Source: a virus
Lineage: Duplodnaviria > Heunggongvirae > Uroviricota > Caudoviricetes
Strand: one strand, 5' to 3'
DNA length: 43,862 nt
IMG/VR virus record: IMGVR_UViG_2541047828_000009
Span: 1-43,862 of that record
The translations under genes and the position numbers were made by a program. Positions 16,963 through 26,456 of this stretch are shown in pieces. The number at the start of each line of letters is the position of its first letter. Position 1 is the stretch's first letter. Below the pieces are notes generated by a model. It had not been told where the DNA came from and ran no database searches. It was given only the letters and a program-made list of their open reading frames with translations.

Positions 16963-17367
16963 ATGCAAATAGATCAAGAATACCTTAAAGGTTTGCTCGA
17001 GGCTTTCGAGGCATCGGATTCACCTGATACCGATATTATTCGATTAAAGGATTTAGGGTTCAATTGTGAAACTGACACATTTGTGTTTCATATGCGTTTG
17101 CTTGAGGATAGAGGGCTGATTATCAGGAGTGATGGAGAGCCCGGCTTTGGTGCTATTCAGTCTTTAGACGGAATGACTCACTGGGCTGTAATGCCCTTGC
17201 GATTGACCGCGATGGGGCATGACTTCTTGGATGCTCTCCGTAACAAAGAGGTTTGGGCAACATTAAAAACCGGATTCAAAGATGCCAGTATGGGCACGCT
17301 GATGACAGTTTCGAAGGAGCTGTTTAACCGAGCTCTAGCTAAGCAACTTAATAAAATGTTCGACTAA
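16963..17367 (+). CDS. Hypothetical moron protein (134 aa)
   Basis: AT-rich codon usage; own terminator downstream; sits between the lysis cassette and terminase. Confidence 0.6.
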   Translation: MQIDQEYLKGLLEAFEASDSPDTDIIRLKDLGFNCETDTFVFHMRLLEDRGLIIRSDGEPGFGAIQSLDGMTHWAVMPLRLTAMGHDFLDALRNKEVWATLKTGFKDASMGTLMTVSKELFNRALAKQLNKMFD

Positions 17368-17388
17368 CCGCCTACGGGCGGTTTTTTA
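17367..17388 (+). terminator. Rho-independent terminator
   Basis: accgcc-tacg-ggcggt stem then TTTTTTATT. Confidence 0.75.
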
Positions 17389-17443
17389 TTGTCAACTTTA
17401 TGAGCAAACTGATCTTAATTACTGTAACTAGGTGGTCAATGAT

Positions 17444-18082
17444 ATGGCAACGCTTAAGGACCTTTCCAGTCAGTTAAGACAGCTGCAGAAGCAAATACCG
17501 TTTGCGACTGCCCAGGCTATGACTAAAGTGGTTCGCCAGATAGAAGCGGCCCAAAAAACAGCATTTGAGCGGAATCTGGATAATCCAACACCTTTTACAG
17601 TTAAATCGGTTGGGTCAGTTGGTGCCAGGAAAAACAGCCTTCGTGCGAAGGTGTTTGTTCGTGATACTGCTGCTGGTTACCTTGAACCCTTCGAGTTCGG
17701 CGGAGAGCACAAGCTTAATGGTAGTGCTTTGCTTAACCCGAAAGACATAAAGCTTAATAAATACGGCAACCTGCCGCGTAATAAGCTCTCTCAGCTCAAA
17801 GCAAAGGAAAATGTATTCGTAGGTGAGGTGGATGGCGTTAACGCTGTCTGGCAGCGTAAGAAACCGATGAAAGCTAAGAAGCGACGGGCCAAGCGCTCCG
17901 CTAATGGGACGCGAAGACCGAAACGTAAACAGCGTTCTCCAAAGCTTTTGATCCGGTTTGGTGATGCGCTACCTGTGACTCCAGTGCTGGGGTATATGGA
18001 TAGGGCCCGTACCATGGCGAACGCACTGCTACCGTCTGCTTTAAATCAGGCGATAGCAGAAGCCATCAGGACGGCAAAATAA
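17444..18082 (+). CDS. Hypothetical protein with a Lys/Arg-rich tract
   Basis: ATG 17444 with AGGTGG RBS; basic stretch KKPMKAKKRRAKRSANGTRRPKRKQRSPK. Confidence 0.55.
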   Translation: MATLKDLSSQLRQLQKQIPFATAQAMTKVVRQIEAAQKTAFERNLDNPTPFTVKSVGSVGARKNSLRAKVFVRDTAAGYLEPFEFGGEHKLNGSALLNPKDIKLNKYGNLPRNKLSQLKAKENVFVGEVDGVNAVWQRKKPMKAKKRRAKRSANGTRRPKRKQRSPKLLIRFGDALPVTPVLGYMDRARTMANALLPSALNQAIAEAIRTAK

Positions 18083-18092
18083 AAGCAGTAAC

Positions 18093-18596
18093 TTATAAGT
18101 TAATTTCGCAAGCTTTTATGAAGCTGTTTACTGCAGTTGTCGATCCAGAAACATTGGCTGACATGGAATGCTGGTTTCCGCCATCCTTTGTTTGCACACC
18201 AACTAACACTTTGGATTTCGCCCCCTGAAGCTGCTTAAGCACTGTTTTTAGTTGGTCCGCGTCATCCGATTGAATCTGGAGGCTCTGAACATTACGTCTT
18301 GAAAGGGTAGCATCGAGCTTCACTGCGGTATTCCCGTCGACCTTCATTATCAGGTCCATTGGTACCTCTGATAGTGATTCGGTGCTTTTATCCATTTCAA
18401 CGTATGCCGCCGATAGCTTTTCTTTAGTGCAGTCAAACACAATGGCGCCATTGTCGGATGAAACCTCGCCAAGCATCATTGCTTTCTTACCACCAGAGAA
18501 AAGGTCATCTTCAGTATTAGTTACCCACTGGGCATGAGCAATTGGTGATGCCAGCACTGCGGCTACGAAAGTTATTTTGATTATATTGTTACCCAT
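18093..18596 (-). CDS. Secreted/periplasmic moron protein (167 aa) in the bor-equivalent position
   Basis: ATG 18596 with AAGGAGAA RBS; signal peptide MGNNIIKITFVAAVLASPIAHA then QW; antisense to the flanking late genes. Confidence 0.6.
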   Translation of the reverse strand: MGNNIIKITFVAAVLASPIAHAQWVTNTEDDLFSGGKKAMMLGEVSSDNGAIVFDCTKEKLSAAYVEMDKSTESLSEVPMDLIMKVDGNTAVKLDATLSRRNVQSLQIQSDDADQLKTVLKQLQGAKSKVLVGVQTKDGGNQHSMSANVSGSTTAVNSFIKACEINL

Positions 18597-18740
18597 TACA
18601 TTCTCCTTGTATTGAATAGGAATAATCATAGTCGGAGCGAATGGTCGAAGCCATTAAAAAAATGGGTCCTTCCTGAGACTTTTGTAAGGTACGGGCATTG
18701 CGCGCCGCAGTGTTTTCCTAGCTACAAATTTTCAAATTTA

Positions 18741-18889
18741 GGTAACAGGTAACAGTTACGTTTTGTTACGTTTTGAGCTTTGTTCTTGATTGCAAAAATA
18801 TTCCTCTCAGCTGGTTGTTACCCTCGATGTTACCTCTTCTGGTTGGGTAACAGTGTCAGGTAACAGATCAGACTGCAGGTGAGGTAACA
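18741..18889. repeat. GGTAACA(G) repeat array upstream of the terminase small subunit (putative cosB/pac-type binding sites)
   Basis: At least seven direct or inverted copies (ggtaacaggtaacag, gttacg twice, tgttaccc, tgttacct, gggtaacag, aggtaacag, aggtaaca abutting the ATG). Confidence 0.6.
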
Positions 18890-19471
18890 ATGAACCAGTC
18901 AGATTTCGCACGGTTACATGGCGTTAGCCGCAAGACCGTTACGATGTGGAAAAGCCGGGGATGGCTGATCATGTCCGGCGATGATATCGATGTTGCCGCT
19001 TCAAATGCACAACTCGAAAAGTACAGGAAAAGCGTTAACCGACCCGATAAACAGAAAACGTCTGCGCCAGAAAAAAAGAAAGCTGACCGGCTGTTGCCTG
19101 CGCGGGAGCCGCCGGAAGAAAGTAACTCGTCACTGGAGGGGCTTGCGCGGGATTTCCTCCTTGAAAACGGCGCTGAGTTATCGCTGGATGAAGCGCGCCG
19201 GGTAAAGGAAAACTACCTGGCGTTACTGACAAAATTAGAGTTTCAGCAAAAAGATGGCCAACTCATTGAGATGGCTGCCGCCGAGGAGGTTCTTTTCAAC
19301 GCCTTTCGCCAACAGCGTGACGCCTGGCTTAACTGGCCGTCAAGAGTGGCACCATTAATGGCTGCTGATCTGGGCGTGCCGGCGGACAGGATGACAGAGG
19401 TGCTGATTGAACATGTCCACAAACATATCTCAGTCCTCGGAGAACCAGAATTTAACCCAGCAGAAGATTGA
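18890..19471 (+). CDS. Terminase small subunit (Nu1-like)
   Basis: N-terminal HTH NQSDFARLHGVSRKTVTMWKSRGWL comparable to lambda Nu1; directly precedes the large subunit. Confidence 0.75.
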   Translation: MNQSDFARLHGVSRKTVTMWKSRGWLIMSGDDIDVAASNAQLEKYRKSVNRPDKQKTSAPEKKKADRLLPAREPPEESNSSLEGLARDFLLENGAELSLDEARRVKENYLALLTKLEFQQKDGQLIEMAAAEEVLFNAFRQQRDAWLNWPSRVAPLMAADLGVPADRMTEVLIEHVHKHISVLGEPEFNPAED

Positions 19472-21539
19472 ACGCCTTCAACTGAGTGTCCGTAAGGGAT
19501 GGACACCACCACCACGTATCAGCGTCCCTCAATGGGCCGATGACTACCGGAAGCTGGCGAAAGAAGCTGGCAGTACCTCCGGGAACTGGGAAACATCAAC
19601 GGTTGAAATTGCCCGCGGTCCTATGCTGGCCGCGACGGAATCGGGCGTCCACATTATCACCGTGATGTGCTGTACCCAGTTAATGAAAACCGCGCTGCTG
19701 GAAAACCTGTTTGGTTATTTTGCGCACCTCGACCCATGTCCGATTTTGCTCCTGCAGCCGAAGGAAGAAGCCGCCGAGCAGTTTTCCAAAGAACGCATCA
19801 GCCCGCTGGTTAGGGTAACGCCAGTTCTGCGTAACATCATAGGTGACTCAAAGCAGAAGAGTTCAAAAGAAACCATTCTGTATAAAGCTTTCACCGGCGG
19901 ATTTCTGGCGTTGGCCGGCGCAGGTAGTCCAGATAACCTTGCGCGCCGTCCGATCCGTGTTCTGCTGGCAGATGAGGTGGATAAATACCCGATTACCCGC
20001 GAGGGCGATCCCATTGCTCTGGCGGAAGAGCGAACCGCCACATTTGGCCTTAACTGGCTGTCTGTGCGGGCTTGCTCGCCGACGGTCGAAGATGAAAGCC
20101 GGATTGCTGACAGTTACGAAGATTCAGATCAGCGGCGGGCCTCTGTAGTTTGCCCCCATTGCGGGCACCGACAGTTCCTTGATTTCTTCAAACATGTTCA
20201 ATGGCCAAAAGAAGGTGATAAGCACCTGACCAAAGCGGCCATGATCCATTGTGAATGTTGTGGTGCTGGCTGGTCAGAGGGTGAGCGTCTGCGGGCATTA
20301 CAGACAATCCGCTGGCATCAGACCAAACCGTTTGAATGTTGTGGTTCCCGCCATTCACCATTAATGGAATACGACCAGAAATGGCATGAAGGAGACGAGG
20401 GCAGTGTTGATGCCGTCTGGCGCTGGTCAGAGTCGGAACGGCATGCCGTATACCGGGCGATTTGCCCGGACTGCGGGGCCGAGGCGCTGGATAATCACCA
20501 CGCCGGGTACCAGGCGTCAAAACTCTTCAGTCCCTGGCAAAAAGACAAGCCATCGGACATTGCAAAGAAATACCTCGATGCGAAAGGGGATCCGGATAAG
20601 GAACAGGCCTGGTGGAACACCCAGATGGGGTTGCCGCACCGGCCTAACCACGGGAAACAGCTCCCGGTTGATGTCCTGCTGGCGCGCCGTGAAGTCTTCC
20701 CGGCCGTCGTTCCTGATGGCGTGGCATTGTTAACTGCGGGCGTCGATACCCAGGATGACCGATTCGAAATCACGATCACTGGCTGGGGGCGGGACGAGGA
20801 ATCGTGGTCAGTTGCGCATGACGTCATTTATGGCGATCTGGAGACTGAGGAACCCTGGAAGCGCCTCGATGCGTACCTGAAACAGATATGGCGACGCGGC
20901 GACGGGCGAGGGCTGAATATTCTGGCTGCATGTATGGACTCCGGCGGTCACCACACGCAAAAGGTTTATGAGTTCTGCAAAGATCGCCTTGGGCGCCGCG
21001 TCTGGGCTATCAAGGGCGAATCTGCGCAGGGTGGGAAACGCAACCCCGTCTGGCCAACCAAGCGACCGACATCGAAAAGTAAAGCCAGCTTCAGGCCAAT
21101 TATACTTGGCGTGAACTCTGCGAAAGATGTTGTCCGTGGTCGTCTGCATCTTGAACCGCCAGCTTTAGGTACTGCCGGTGCGGGCTATATGCACTTCCCG
21201 GATGATCGTGACCTCGGATATTTCAACCAGCTGCTGGCCGAGCGACTGGTTTATAAAGTGGTGGCCGGTCAGCGATTCAGTGTCTGGGAGCCTATCCCCG
21301 GACGGGCGAACGAAGCACTCGACTGCCTCGTTTACAGCTATGCCGCGTTGTGTGGGCTGAAACATATGGGATTAAAACTCAATGTTCGGGCCGCTAACCT
21401 TCAGGCCGATCCCGATAAGTTCCTGCCGGCGCCAGCCGAGCCAGAAGAAAAAATCAATTACGAATTACCGGGTGCCATCGTGGATGAGGCTATGGCTCCT
21501 GTTAAGCGTAAGAACATTTCTAAACTCCTGCCGCAATAA
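19413..21539 (+). CDS. Terminase large subunit (lambda gpA-like)
   Basis: Block TAGVDTQDDRFEITITGWGRDEESW parallels lambda A GIDSQLDRYEMRVWGWGPGEESW; the track ORF begins at TTG 19407 and ATG 19413 is used here. Confidence 0.9.
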   Translation: MSTNISQSSENQNLTQQKIERLQLSVRKGWTPPPRISVPQWADDYRKLAKEAGSTSGNWETSTVEIARGPMLAATESGVHIITVMCCTQLMKTALLENLFGYFAHLDPCPILLLQPKEEAAEQFSKERISPLVRVTPVLRNIIGDSKQKSSKETILYKAFTGGFLALAGAGSPDNLARRPIRVLLADEVDKYPITREGDPIALAEERTATFGLNWLSVRACSPTVEDESRIADSYEDSDQRRASVVCPHCGHRQFLDFFKHVQWPKEGDKHLTKAAMIHCECCGAGWSEGERLRALQTIRWHQTKPFECCGSRHSPLMEYDQKWHEGDEGSVDAVWRWSESERHAVYRAICPDCGAEALDNHHAGYQASKLFSPWQKDKPSDIAKKYLDAKGDPDKEQAWWNTQMGLPHRPNHGKQLPVDVLLARREVFPAVVPDGVALLTAGVDTQDDRFEITITGWGRDEESWSVAHDVIYGDLETEEPWKRLDAYLKQIWRRGDGRGLNILAACMDSGGHHTQKVYEFCKDRLGRRVWAIKGESAQGGKRNPVWPTKRPTSKSKASFRPIILGVNSAKDVVRGRLHLEPPALGTAGAGYMHFPDDRDLGYFNQLLAERLVYKVVAGQRFSVWEPIPGRANEALDCLVYSYAALCGLKHMGLKLNVRAANLQADPDKFLPAPAEPEEKINYELPGAIVDEAMAPVKRKNISKLLPQ

Positions 21540-21547
21540 GGAAAACC

Positions 21548-21811
21548 ATGTTTAACCGAAACACGAGCTTACTTGCTGGTGGGATGACTGATGAGCAGCT
21601 CAGAGACGCTCTGCAGAAAGCGCAGCAGGCTTATATCGACCTGACTACCGGCAGCCGTGGCGTCTCATTCTCCTATACGCAGGGTGATGGGACGCGCTCT
21701 GTCTCCTATCAGCAAAGCTCTCTCGCCGACCTGCTGGCGCTGATTCAGTTGCTGCAGGCGCAACTGGGAATTGTCGCCCGGCCACGGAAGCCAGTGAGGT
21801 TCAGATTCTGA
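21548..21811 (+). CDS. Head-tail joining protein (gpW-like)
   Basis: Small protein between terminase and portal with a gpW-like pattern. Confidence 0.6.
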   Translation: MFNRNTSLLAGGMTDEQLRDALQKAQQAYIDLTTGSRGVSFSYTQGDGTRSVSYQQSSLADLLALIQLLQAQLGIVARPRKPVRFRF

Positions 21812-23445
21812 TGAATAAAGTGCAAATCCTTGGTCCTGACGGGAGACCTTATCAGGCACCAAAACCCAGCATGTTGACGGGCGGTAGCCGGGTGCCATAT
21901 GACGCCGCGGATTCCTTCAGCGATCAACTGGCGAACTGGCAGCCCGCACTATGGTCACCGGATAACGAAATTAATATCTACCGTGACCGTATAGTTTCCC
22001 GTGCGCGGGATCTGGTCCGAAATGATGGATGGGCCAATGGTGCCATAACTCGCCTGCTTGATAATGCGGTCGGCGCCAATTTCCGTCCGATCATGAAGCC
22101 TGACTATCGTGTATTACGGATGATGACAGGTAATAAAAGTTTTGACGCAGTATGGGCGGAAGAGTACGGAAAAGCACTCGCTTCCCACTGGAGAACCTGG
22201 GCATACGACACAGGCCGTTATTGTGACGTTGAGCGCAAGCTAACCGTTCCACAAATGTTGCGTCTGGCCTTTCGCCACAAGCTGATTGATGGCGATGCCC
22301 TGATGGTGCTTCAGTATCGCACCGATCGCCTTGGACCAGGTAAGGGGCGTTATGCCACGACGGTGCAGGTTGTTGATCCCGACAGACTCAGTAACCCGCA
22401 GCAGAATTTTGATATGCCGAATATCCGCGGCGGCGTTGAAATTGATGCTGACGGCGCACCTGTGGCTTATCACATACGTGAAGCACATATCGGTGACTGG
22501 TGGAGTGGCGCCAAAACAATGACATGGCGACGAATCCCGCGCGAAACCGCATGGGGGCGCCCGCACGTTGTGCACGACTTTGACCATGAGCGTGGAGCTC
22601 AGCATCGGGGGAATGGCATTCTGACTCCAGTAGTGCAACGTCTGAAGATGCTGGTGAAGTACGACCAGAGCGAGCTGGAAGCAGCAATTCTGAATGCTAT
22701 CTTCGCCGCGTATATTGAGTCTCCATACGATCCCGAAATGATCCAGTCCGCGCTGGGGGAAAACTTCGAAGAGGGATTGGGAGCATACCAGGATGGTCGT
22801 GCAGAGTTTCATAATGATCGCCGTTTGACGCTGCAGAATGGCGCCCGTATGCCGATCCTTTATCCAGGGGAGAGAATAACAACGGTCAACGCTGCCCGCC
22901 CTTACAGCAACTTTGAGGTTTTCGAGTCTGCAGTATTGCGTAATTTCTCATCCGGTACGGGGTTATCTCCTCAGCAGGTTACACAGGACTGGTCTGATGT
23001 GAATTACAGCTCTGCGCGATCTTCCTTGCTGGAGGCATGGAAAACGCTCACCCGCCGACGTGATGATTTTTCCATGGGTACCGCTCAGCCGCTTCTGACG
23101 GCCTTTGTGGAGGAAGTTCACGATAACGAGGATTTACCTCTACCTAATGATGCCCCTGATTTTGTTGATGCCCGGGCTGCGTATTCCCGTGCGCGCTGGA
23201 TGGGGCCGGGGCGAGGATGGGTTGATCCGGTGGCAGAGAAAAAAGGCGCCATTCTCGGCCTCGATGCCGGCCTTTCCACTCTCGAAATTGAAGTGGGTGA
23301 AAACGTGGGTGAGGACTGGGAAGAGATACTTGATCAGCGCCAGCGGGAAATTGAGTCCTGCCTGAAGCGCGGACTTCCATTACCTAGCTGGGCGCAGGCG
23401 GACCAGTTCGCCAGCCAGACAATTACCGATCCGGAGGAAAAGTGA
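21811..23445 (+). CDS. Portal protein (lambda gpB family)
   Basis: 544 aa immediately after W-like gene and before the prohead protease. Confidence 0.85.
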   Translation: MNKVQILGPDGRPYQAPKPSMLTGGSRVPYDAADSFSDQLANWQPALWSPDNEINIYRDRIVSRARDLVRNDGWANGAITRLLDNAVGANFRPIMKPDYRVLRMMTGNKSFDAVWAEEYGKALASHWRTWAYDTGRYCDVERKLTVPQMLRLAFRHKLIDGDALMVLQYRTDRLGPGKGRYATTVQVVDPDRLSNPQQNFDMPNIRGGVEIDADGAPVAYHIREAHIGDWWSGAKTMTWRRIPRETAWGRPHVVHDFDHERGAQHRGNGILTPVVQRLKMLVKYDQSELEAAILNAIFAAYIESPYDPEMIQSALGENFEEGLGAYQDGRAEFHNDRRLTLQNGARMPILYPGERITTVNAARPYSNFEVFESAVLRNFSSGTGLSPQQVTQDWSDVNYSSARSSLLEAWKTLTRRRDDFSMGTAQPLLTAFVEEVHDNEDLPLPNDAPDFVDARAAYSRARWMGPGRGWVDPVAEKKGAILGLDAGLSTLEIEVGENVGEDWEEILDQRQREIESCLKRGLPLPSWAQADQFASQTITDPEEK

Positions 23446-24308
23446 ATCTACCTCATCTGGCCCAGCGCCTTTTTAATACACCGCTGGCGCTGCACCCAAG
23501 TAAAGCTGAAGTCATCATGGCATCCGTTATGGACCGGTTTGGCATCAGTAAAATCGAATCCTCTCTTGCCATGGATGATGACTGGTATGGATACGACGAT
23601 AACCGGGGGCGGGAATCCCGTAGCGACCCGGGTTATGACAATGTGTTGGGCGTCGCTGTCATCCCGATATGTGGGACCCTGGTGCAGAAGCTGGGTAGCC
23701 TGCGCCCATACAGTGGCATGACAGGCTATGACGGCATTCGTCAGGCCTTCCTGACTGCGATGGAAGACCCCGATATTACAGGGATCTGCCTGGATATTGA
23801 TTCGCCAGGAGGCGAGGTCGCCGGATGTTTCGATCTGGTCGATGTCATTTATGGCGCCCGCGGGAAAAAGCCCATCCATGCCATTCTGACGGAAAGCGCC
23901 TATTCCGCCGCCTATGCGATTGCCAGTGCGGCGGACCGGATTTCTGTTCCCCGAACCGGTGGTGTGGGTTCAGTTGGTGTGATCACTATGCACCTTGACT
24001 GGACCCAGCGGATAAAAGATGACGGCCTCAAAGTCACCATCATCACCTACGGTTCCCGTAAGGCTGAGGGGTCACCGCTGAGAGAGCTGTCAGATGAAGC
24101 GCTGGCGGCTATTCAGCAGGACATCAACACCATGGGTGAATTGTTTGTGAATACCGTCGCCAGAAATCGGGGGATTAGCGCAAAGGTTATCAAAAGTACT
24201 CAGGCTGCCTGTTTTATGGCTGCTGATGGTGTGGAACTTGGACTGGCTGATGAGGTGTGTCCTCCTGATGCTGCGTTCAGAAACTTACTTGAAAAAACAG
24301 GAGCCTGA
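23442..24308 (+). CDS. Prohead protease, S49 (ClpP/SppA-like) family
   Basis: GTG start overlapping the portal stop; serine-protease-like core ILTESAYSAAYAIASAADRI. Confidence 0.85.
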   Translation: MNLPHLAQRLFNTPLALHPSKAEVIMASVMDRFGISKIESSLAMDDDWYGYDDNRGRESRSDPGYDNVLGVAVIPICGTLVQKLGSLRPYSGMTGYDGIRQAFLTAMEDPDITGICLDIDSPGGEVAGCFDLVDVIYGARGKKPIHAILTESAYSAAYAIASAADRISVPRTGGVGSVGVITMHLDWTQRIKDDGLKVTIITYGSRKAEGSPLRELSDEALAAIQQDINTMGELFVNTVARNRGISAKVIKSTQAACFMAADGVELGLADEVCPPDAAFRNLLEKTGA

Positions 24309-24309
24309 A

Positions 24310-24900
24310 ATGGCGAAGAAAAAGACTTTTAGTTTTGCTCATCTTATTGGCCGTGGCGCGACTGCTTCCGAAGAGGAAGAGGACAAAAAGGCCAAAAAAG
24401 CGAAAGGCCGTCGCGCGGAAGAGGATGAGCGCGAAGATGATGCCGGGGACGATGAACGCGAAGATGACGCGGAAAACGACGATCGTGATGATGACGCTGA
24501 AGATGACGGTGACGACCCGGATGCGGCTGAAGACGATGACGATTCCGAAGATGACGGCGACGATGACCGCAAAGAAAGCAAAGCGGTGAAAAATGCCCGC
24601 GCCGCCGAGCGTAAACGTTGCGCCCGTATCTTCGGCAGTAAGCACGCTGCGGCGAATCCGTCACTGGCCGCTTCACTCGCATTCAATACCGGGATGAGCT
24701 CTGCCGCCGCTATCGATGTTCTGGCATCCACGGCGCCAGCCTTGCAACCAAAGGCAACGCGCGGGCGCTCTCTCGATCAGCGCATGCAGGAAAGCCATGA
24801 TGTCCGTCTGAATCCGGATGGCGGCAAGAAAGAGAACGGTAAATCGGCACTGGTAAACCAGATGACCGGCCTCTACAACTCCATTAAAGGAGAGAAATAA
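24310..24900 (+). CDS. Putative scaffolding protein with a long acidic low-complexity region
   Basis: ATG 24310 (MAKKKTFSF); Asp/Glu-rich repeats 24420-24570; position between protease and decoration/capsid genes. Confidence 0.55.
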   Translation: MAKKKTFSFAHLIGRGATASEEEEDKKAKKAKGRRAEEDEREDDAGDDEREDDAENDDRDDDAEDDGDDPDAAEDDDDSEDDGDDDRKESKAVKNARAAERKRCARIFGSKHAAANPSLAASLAFNTGMSSAAAIDVLASTAPALQPKATRGRSLDQRMQESHDVRLNPDGGKKENGKSALVNQMTGLYNSIKGEK

Positions 24901-25307
24901 TGGATCAATTTGGTCAGAATGCCTTTGCACCTGGCATGAAGAGTTCAGTGTTTGTGCCGGATCAGTTAATTGCCGGTACGCTGCAACTGGTCACTGACAC
25001 CGGCACGATCACCGGCGGTGTGTATAAGCGTGGCACTGTGCTTGGCATGATCACCGCCAGTGGCAAATATACAGCCAGTGTGAAAACCGCAACGGATGGT
25101 AGCGAGACGCCAGCGGCCATTCTGGTTGATGATGTTGACGCTTCCACCCATGGCGATCAGTCCGGCGGCCTGTACCTGATGGGCGAGTTCAACCAGAATC
25201 ATATTATTTTTGACGATTCCTGGACTGCGCCGGAACTGAAAACAGCACTACGTCCGCTGGCCATCTTCCTGAAAGACAGCGCCCAGGCACCTTTAACCAC
25301 CTCCTGA
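24900..25307 (+). CDS. Head decoration protein (gpD-like)
   Basis: 135 aa, directly upstream of the major capsid gene. Confidence 0.6.
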   Translation: MDQFGQNAFAPGMKSSVFVPDQLIAGTLQLVTDTGTITGGVYKRGTVLGMITASGKYTASVKTATDGSETPAAILVDDVDASTHGDQSGGLYLMGEFNQNHIIFDDSWTAPELKTALRPLAIFLKDSAQAPLTTS

Positions 25308-25405
25308 TTTATCCCTCATTTATCCTGGCGAATGCTTTAACCGGCAGGCGCTGACCTATTTAAAATTTATGCCAGCGTCTAGCTGGCATTATCAAGAGAC
25401 TGAAT

Positions 25406-26455
25406 ATGGAAAATATTTATGATACCAGTGTGCTGGTGCAGGTCGTTCCTAACCTGAAAACCAGTCAGAACTGGCTGCTTGATCGCTTCTTCCCGAACGT
25501 CGTGACTTATGAGACCGAAGAAGTAGCGATTGACGTGGATGTCGGCTTACGTCGTATGGCGCCATTCGTCTCCCCGCTGGTGGAAGGTAAGCTGGTCGAG
25601 TCCCGTAAATACCAGACCAATACGTTCAAACCGGCGTACATCAAAGACAAGCGGGCGCCGGACCTGCGTAAACCTATTCGCCGCCAGATTGGTGAGCGTA
25701 TTGGCGGTGAATATACCGCCGCAGAACGCGAAATGTTGAACCTGCAGTTTGAGATGACTGATCAGATTGACATGATCAACCGTCGGCTGGAATGGATGGC
25801 GGCCAGCGCGCTGGTGTCCGGTACCGTCACGGTTGCCGGGGAAGGCTATGAAACCAAAGTGGTGGATTTCGGGCGCTCTCCGGATTTGACTATCACTCTG
25901 AGTGGTTCAGATAAGTGGCCGTTGACGGTTGCCGCGGGTGCCACTAATACCCAGCCCTCTGATGATATTGAAATCTGGCAGACGCTTTTCCTGAAAGAAT
26001 CCGGTTCCGTCGCGACAGATCTGGTGTTCACAAGCAAGTCATGGCGTGCTTTCCGACTGGACACCACCATCAAAGATAACGCCATCACGTTCCCGGCGCT
26101 GAGCCCGTTTGGTAACCAGATTAATGCTGGTCCACAGGCGATGAAGGGCGCTATTTATAAAGGTCGCTGGGGTAACTTTGACCTCTGGTTATATAACGAC
26201 TGGTTTATTGACCCACTTGATAATGTCGAGAAGCCGATGATCCCCGACGGCGCCGTTATTATGTCTGGCGCTGATCTGATGGGTACCCGCGCTTTTGGCG
26301 TTATCCTGGACCCGGCATTTAACTACGGTCCCCTGGCCTATGCGCCAAAATCCTGGGTGAAAGAAGATCCGGCCCAGCGTCTTATCCTGATGCAATCCTC
26401 CCCGCTGGTTATTCCGAGCCGGGTAAACGCATCCCTCTGCGCGACGGTGGTCTGA
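25406..26455 (+). CDS. Major capsid protein (lambda gpE-like)
   Basis: 349 aa; MAPFVSPLVEGKLVESRKYQTNTFKPAYIKDKR parallels lambda E MALYVSPIVSGEVIRSRGGSTSEFTPGYVKPKH. Confidence 0.85.
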   Translation: MENIYDTSVLVQVVPNLKTSQNWLLDRFFPNVVTYETEEVAIDVDVGLRRMAPFVSPLVEGKLVESRKYQTNTFKPAYIKDKRAPDLRKPIRRQIGERIGGEYTAAEREMLNLQFEMTDQIDMINRRLEWMAASALVSGTVTVAGEGYETKVVDFGRSPDLTITLSGSDKWPLTVAAGATNTQPSDDIEIWQTLFLKESGSVATDLVFTSKSWRAFRLDTTIKDNAITFPALSPFGNQINAGPQAMKGAIYKGRWGNFDLWLYNDWFIDPLDNVEKPMIPDGAVIMSGADLMGTRAFGVILDPAFNYGPLAYAPKSWVKEDPAQRLILMQSSPLVIPSRVNASLCATVV

Positions 26456-26456
26456 T

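Noticed and set aside
18083-18105. Palindrome TAACTTATAAGTTAA between convergent genes as a terminator
   Set aside because: It overlaps the stop codon of the minus-strand gene and has no flanking T-run or A-run; it may be coincidental.
18741-18889. Possible CRISPR array suggested by the short GGTAACAG repeats
   Set aside because: The repeats are only 7-8 bp, irregularly spaced, mixed in orientation, and sit at a terminase start; this is not CRISPR architecture.
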